Part shown: one piece after another, positions 61,819 to 64,000 of the stretch
Layout: the number at the start of each line of letters is the position of its first letter
Position numbering within the stretch: the first letter of the stretch is position 1
Source: Nitrospinales bacterium
GTDB lineage: Bacteria; Nitrospinota_A; UBA7883; JACRGQ01
NCBI GenBank assembly: GCA_023248495.1
Contig: JAHFEK010000005.1
Span: 6,560-70,559 of the forward strand
Direction of reading: 5' to 3'
Length of the DNA stretch: 64,000 nucleotides
Position numbers and translations under genes: made by a program
Notes under the pieces: model-generated
Databases searched by the model: none
What the model was told of the DNA's origin: nothing
Seen by the model: the letters and a program-made list of their open reading frames with translations, nothing else

Positions 61819-63144
61819 ATGAAATTTGATGTAGTGGTGCTTGGGGCAGGCCCCGCCGGCTTGGGCGCCGGATACCGGTTGGCGGAACAGACCCGCGCCT
61901 CGTGGATGATCTTCGAGGCGGCGGGACGGGTGGGCGGTCTATCGTCCAGCCGCGTGGACGCCAAGGGATTTACCTGGGATATTGGCGGGCATGTGATTTT
62001 CAGCAAAAGCCCGCTTTTCAACGGCGTGGTGGAGCGCGCGCTGGGCCCGGACGCGCTGACCCATACCCGCGAAAGTTACATCCGCACGGCGGGCCGATTT
62101 ATCCCCTTCCCGCTCCAAAATAACATCCACCGCCTTCCCCTCCGCGCCATGCGCGAGTGCCTGGACGGCCTCATCGCCGTTGAACAACGCGGCAATGCCC
62201 AACAGCCCGCGCATTTCGGGGAGTGGATTCCGTGGCGGCTCGGCGACGGCATTGCCCGGCATTTCATGATGCCGTACAACACAAAACTTTGGGCCTGCCC
62301 GTTGAATGAGATGGGATATTATTGGATTGACGGCCGCATTTCGGTTCCCGCTTCAGCCGAAATCGAACAAGCGGCAAAGGACAAAACCGGCAACCACACA
62401 TGGGGGCCGAACGCCACGTTCCGCTTCCCCCGGCGCGGCGGAACCGGCGCCCTCTTCAACAACATCGCGGCCGGCTTTGCGCCGCACATCAGGCTGCGCC
62501 ACGAAGCGGCGCGGGTGGACGCCAAAAGAAAAACCGTCACCTTTAAAAACGGCAACAAAGTCTCGTATGGCTCGCTCATCACCACCGCGCCCCTGGATCA
62601 CTTTGCGCAAAAGATGCTTGCCGCGCCGGGGCCGGATCTCCTGCGCGCCGCATCCGGCTTACAGCACAACAGCGGCCTCGTGGTCGGTATCGGCATCAAC
62701 CGATTAATAAAAAACAGCCGCTGCTGGGCCTACTTCCCCGATCCATCGGTTCCCTTTTACCGCGTCACCTATTTCTCCAACTACTCGCGGCTGAACGTGC
62801 CGCGCCCCGGCGCGCAGACCTCGTTCATGTGCGAAATATCGGCGGGCACCGCGCAAAAACGTAACGCATCCACCATCGTGAAGGAAACGGTGGACGGACT
62901 GGTGAAAAGCGGCCTCATGCGCCCCGACGACCGCCGCCGGATCGACAGCGGCTGGATGATGAAAGTGCCTTACCTTTACCCCATCCCGTCGCTGACGCGC
63001 GATGCGGCGCTCGCCCCTTTGGAAAAACATTTGCACGGACACGATATCCGCTCGGTGGGACGGTTCGGCGGCTGGCGGTACGAAACGGGAAATATGGATC
63101 ATAGCTTCCTGGCCGGCCACGAAGCGGCCAGCGCCTTTCTATAA
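61819..63144 (+). CDS. FAD-dependent enzyme resembling eukaryote-type UDP-galactopyranose mutase
   Basis: GAGPAGL, WDIGGHVIFS, WGPNATFRFP.RGGTG, YFPD..PFYRVT.FSNYS, GRFGGWRYE.GNMDHSF. Confidence 0.75.
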   Translation: MKFDVVVLGAGPAGLGAGYRLAEQTRASWMIFEAAGRVGGLSSSRVDAKGFTWDIGGHVIFSKSPLFNGVVERALGPDALTHTRESYIRTAGRFIPFPLQNNIHRLPLRAMRECLDGLIAVEQRGNAQQPAHFGEWIPWRLGDGIARHFMMPYNTKLWACPLNEMGYYWIDGRISVPASAEIEQAAKDKTGNHTWGPNATFRFPRRGGTGALFNNIAAGFAPHIRLRHEAARVDAKRKTVTFKNGNKVSYGSLITTAPLDHFAQKMLAAPGPDLLRAASGLQHNSGLVVGIGINRLIKNSRCWAYFPDPSVPFYRVTYFSNYSRLNVPRPGAQTSFMCEISAGTAQKRNASTIVKETVDGLVKSGLMRPDDRRRIDSGWMMKVPYLYPIPSLTRDAALAPLEKHLHGHDIRSVGRFGGWRYETGNMDHSFLAGHEAASAFL

Positions 63145-63273
63145 ACTTCATCTTCAGATTCATTAAATTCTTCCGATAATGATGTATAGATTTTATTTAT
63201 GGCATTGACACTTTTAAATACGGTTCGGAGGTGACGCCGATAGTCAGCTCTTTGATAAAAGATGGGTTTTTCT

Positions 63274-63290
63274 TCGGCATGCTAATTGCT
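63274..63290 (+). promoter_or_regulatory. Putative sigma54 promoter
   Basis: TCGGCATGCTAATTGCT, GG-N10-GC spacing, about 90 nt upstream of the 72-aa ORF. Confidence 0.5.
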
Positions 63291-63379
63291 TTTTGAGCTG
63301 GGCAGGTATAAATGTGTACCGTTTTTTCCTCCATGGCTAGTGGCGGACACTTGAAACAAAGATTGTAAGCGAGGTAATT

Positions 63380-63598
63380 ATGCGCTTTTTATTCCTCACA
63401 TCTCCCGTCACCTGCCCGTTTCCCGAACTGTTGAAGCAAGTGCAACGGCTTGCGACCGTGAAGATTCTGAACTTTAACGTTCAACCGGGCGTGGAAGGGG
63501 TTGGAATGTTGGAGGCCACTTCGGAGTTCGACGCGGAAAATTTCGCCCGGACATTCGGGCAAAAATCCGGCGCCGCCATCCGGCTGTTGCCGCTGTAA
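63380..63598 (+). CDS. Small hypothetical protein (72 aa)
   Basis: GAGG RBS; fills the intergenic gap; alternating beta/alpha pattern. Confidence 0.55.
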   Translation: MRFLFLTSPVTCPFPELLKQVQRLATVKILNFNVQPGVEGVGMLEATSEFDAENFARTFGQKSGAAIRLLPL

Positions 63599-63633
63599 CC
63601 GCGCGGGCGGGCGCTGGAGTACAATAGGCGCCA

Positions 63634-64000
63634 ATGAAGAACCCGGGCATTTCTTTCTGCGTCATCACCGGCGGGCACAGGCCCGACATGATGGAAGCGC
63701 TGATACAAAGCATCGAGGCGCAGCAAATTCCCGCTTACGAAATCCTGGTCTGCGGCAAATACAGGAACGATCCGCGCGTGAACTACATGGAAACGATAAA
63801 TCTGGCCGAAACCGCCGCCGTGTGCAAAATGCGCAACCTCAACGCGGCCCGCGCCCGGTACGATACGATCATTATCCTTGATGACGATGTAACCTTCTCC
63901 CCCGATTGGTGGGAACATATGCGGCGCCACGACAGCTTCGACTTGGCGGGCTGCCGCGGCCTTGACCCGCTGGGCAACCGCTGGTGGGACTATCAAAAGA
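63634..64000 (+). CDS. GT2-like glycosyltransferase, truncated by the window end
   Basis: MKNPGISFCVITGG..YEILVCG..RN..AARARYD.IIILDDD; frame open to the window end. Confidence 0.75.
   Translation, partial: MKNPGISFCVITGGHRPDMMEALIQSIEAQQIPAYEILVCGKYRNDPRVNYMETINLAETAAVCKMRNLNAARARYDTIIILDDDVTFSPDWWEHMRRHDSFDLAGCRGLDPLGNRWWDYQK

Overview
Bacterial chromosomal window of roughly 55-60% GC, mostly housekeeping genes. Gene order and content suggest a flagellated Gram-negative of the Nitrospinota/deltaproteobacteria-like group; this is inference and not provable from the window. Core content: four tRNAs (Ser-CGA, Arg-GCG, Leu-TAA, Val-TAC), fabI, an MfnB-like gene, pcm-purM, gap-pgk, comM and comEC, two chemoreceptors plus a hemerythrin, a flagellar operon (flgFGAHIJNKL-csrA-fliW), a pyrR-pyrB-pyrC-carA-X-carB-Y-pyrK-pyrD operon, two large lipoproteins and two surface-glycan clusters. 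Most notable: (1) a PyrR-binding-loop hairpin that hides the Shine-Dalgarno of a 12-codon leader ORF whose stop overlaps the pyrR start; (2) a candidate lipid-carrier glycosylation system for an unusual sugar (split transketolase, epimerase-GT2 fusion, methyltransferase, two GT87-like genes, Wzi-like gene); (3) an exactly 2600-bp low-GC restriction-modification island bounded by GATTACT direct repeats, with a truncated methylase, a frameshifted MvaI/BcnI nuclease and an intact HNH gene; (4) a GGA array in the csrA leader; (5) a NIT-like chemoreceptor separated from an in-frame hemerythrin by one stop codon; (6) tRNA-Arg(GCG), a probable ATC start for the mfnB-like gene, and a eukaryote-type UDP-galactopyranose mutase homologue. 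All family calls come from motif recognition by eye; no searches were run.
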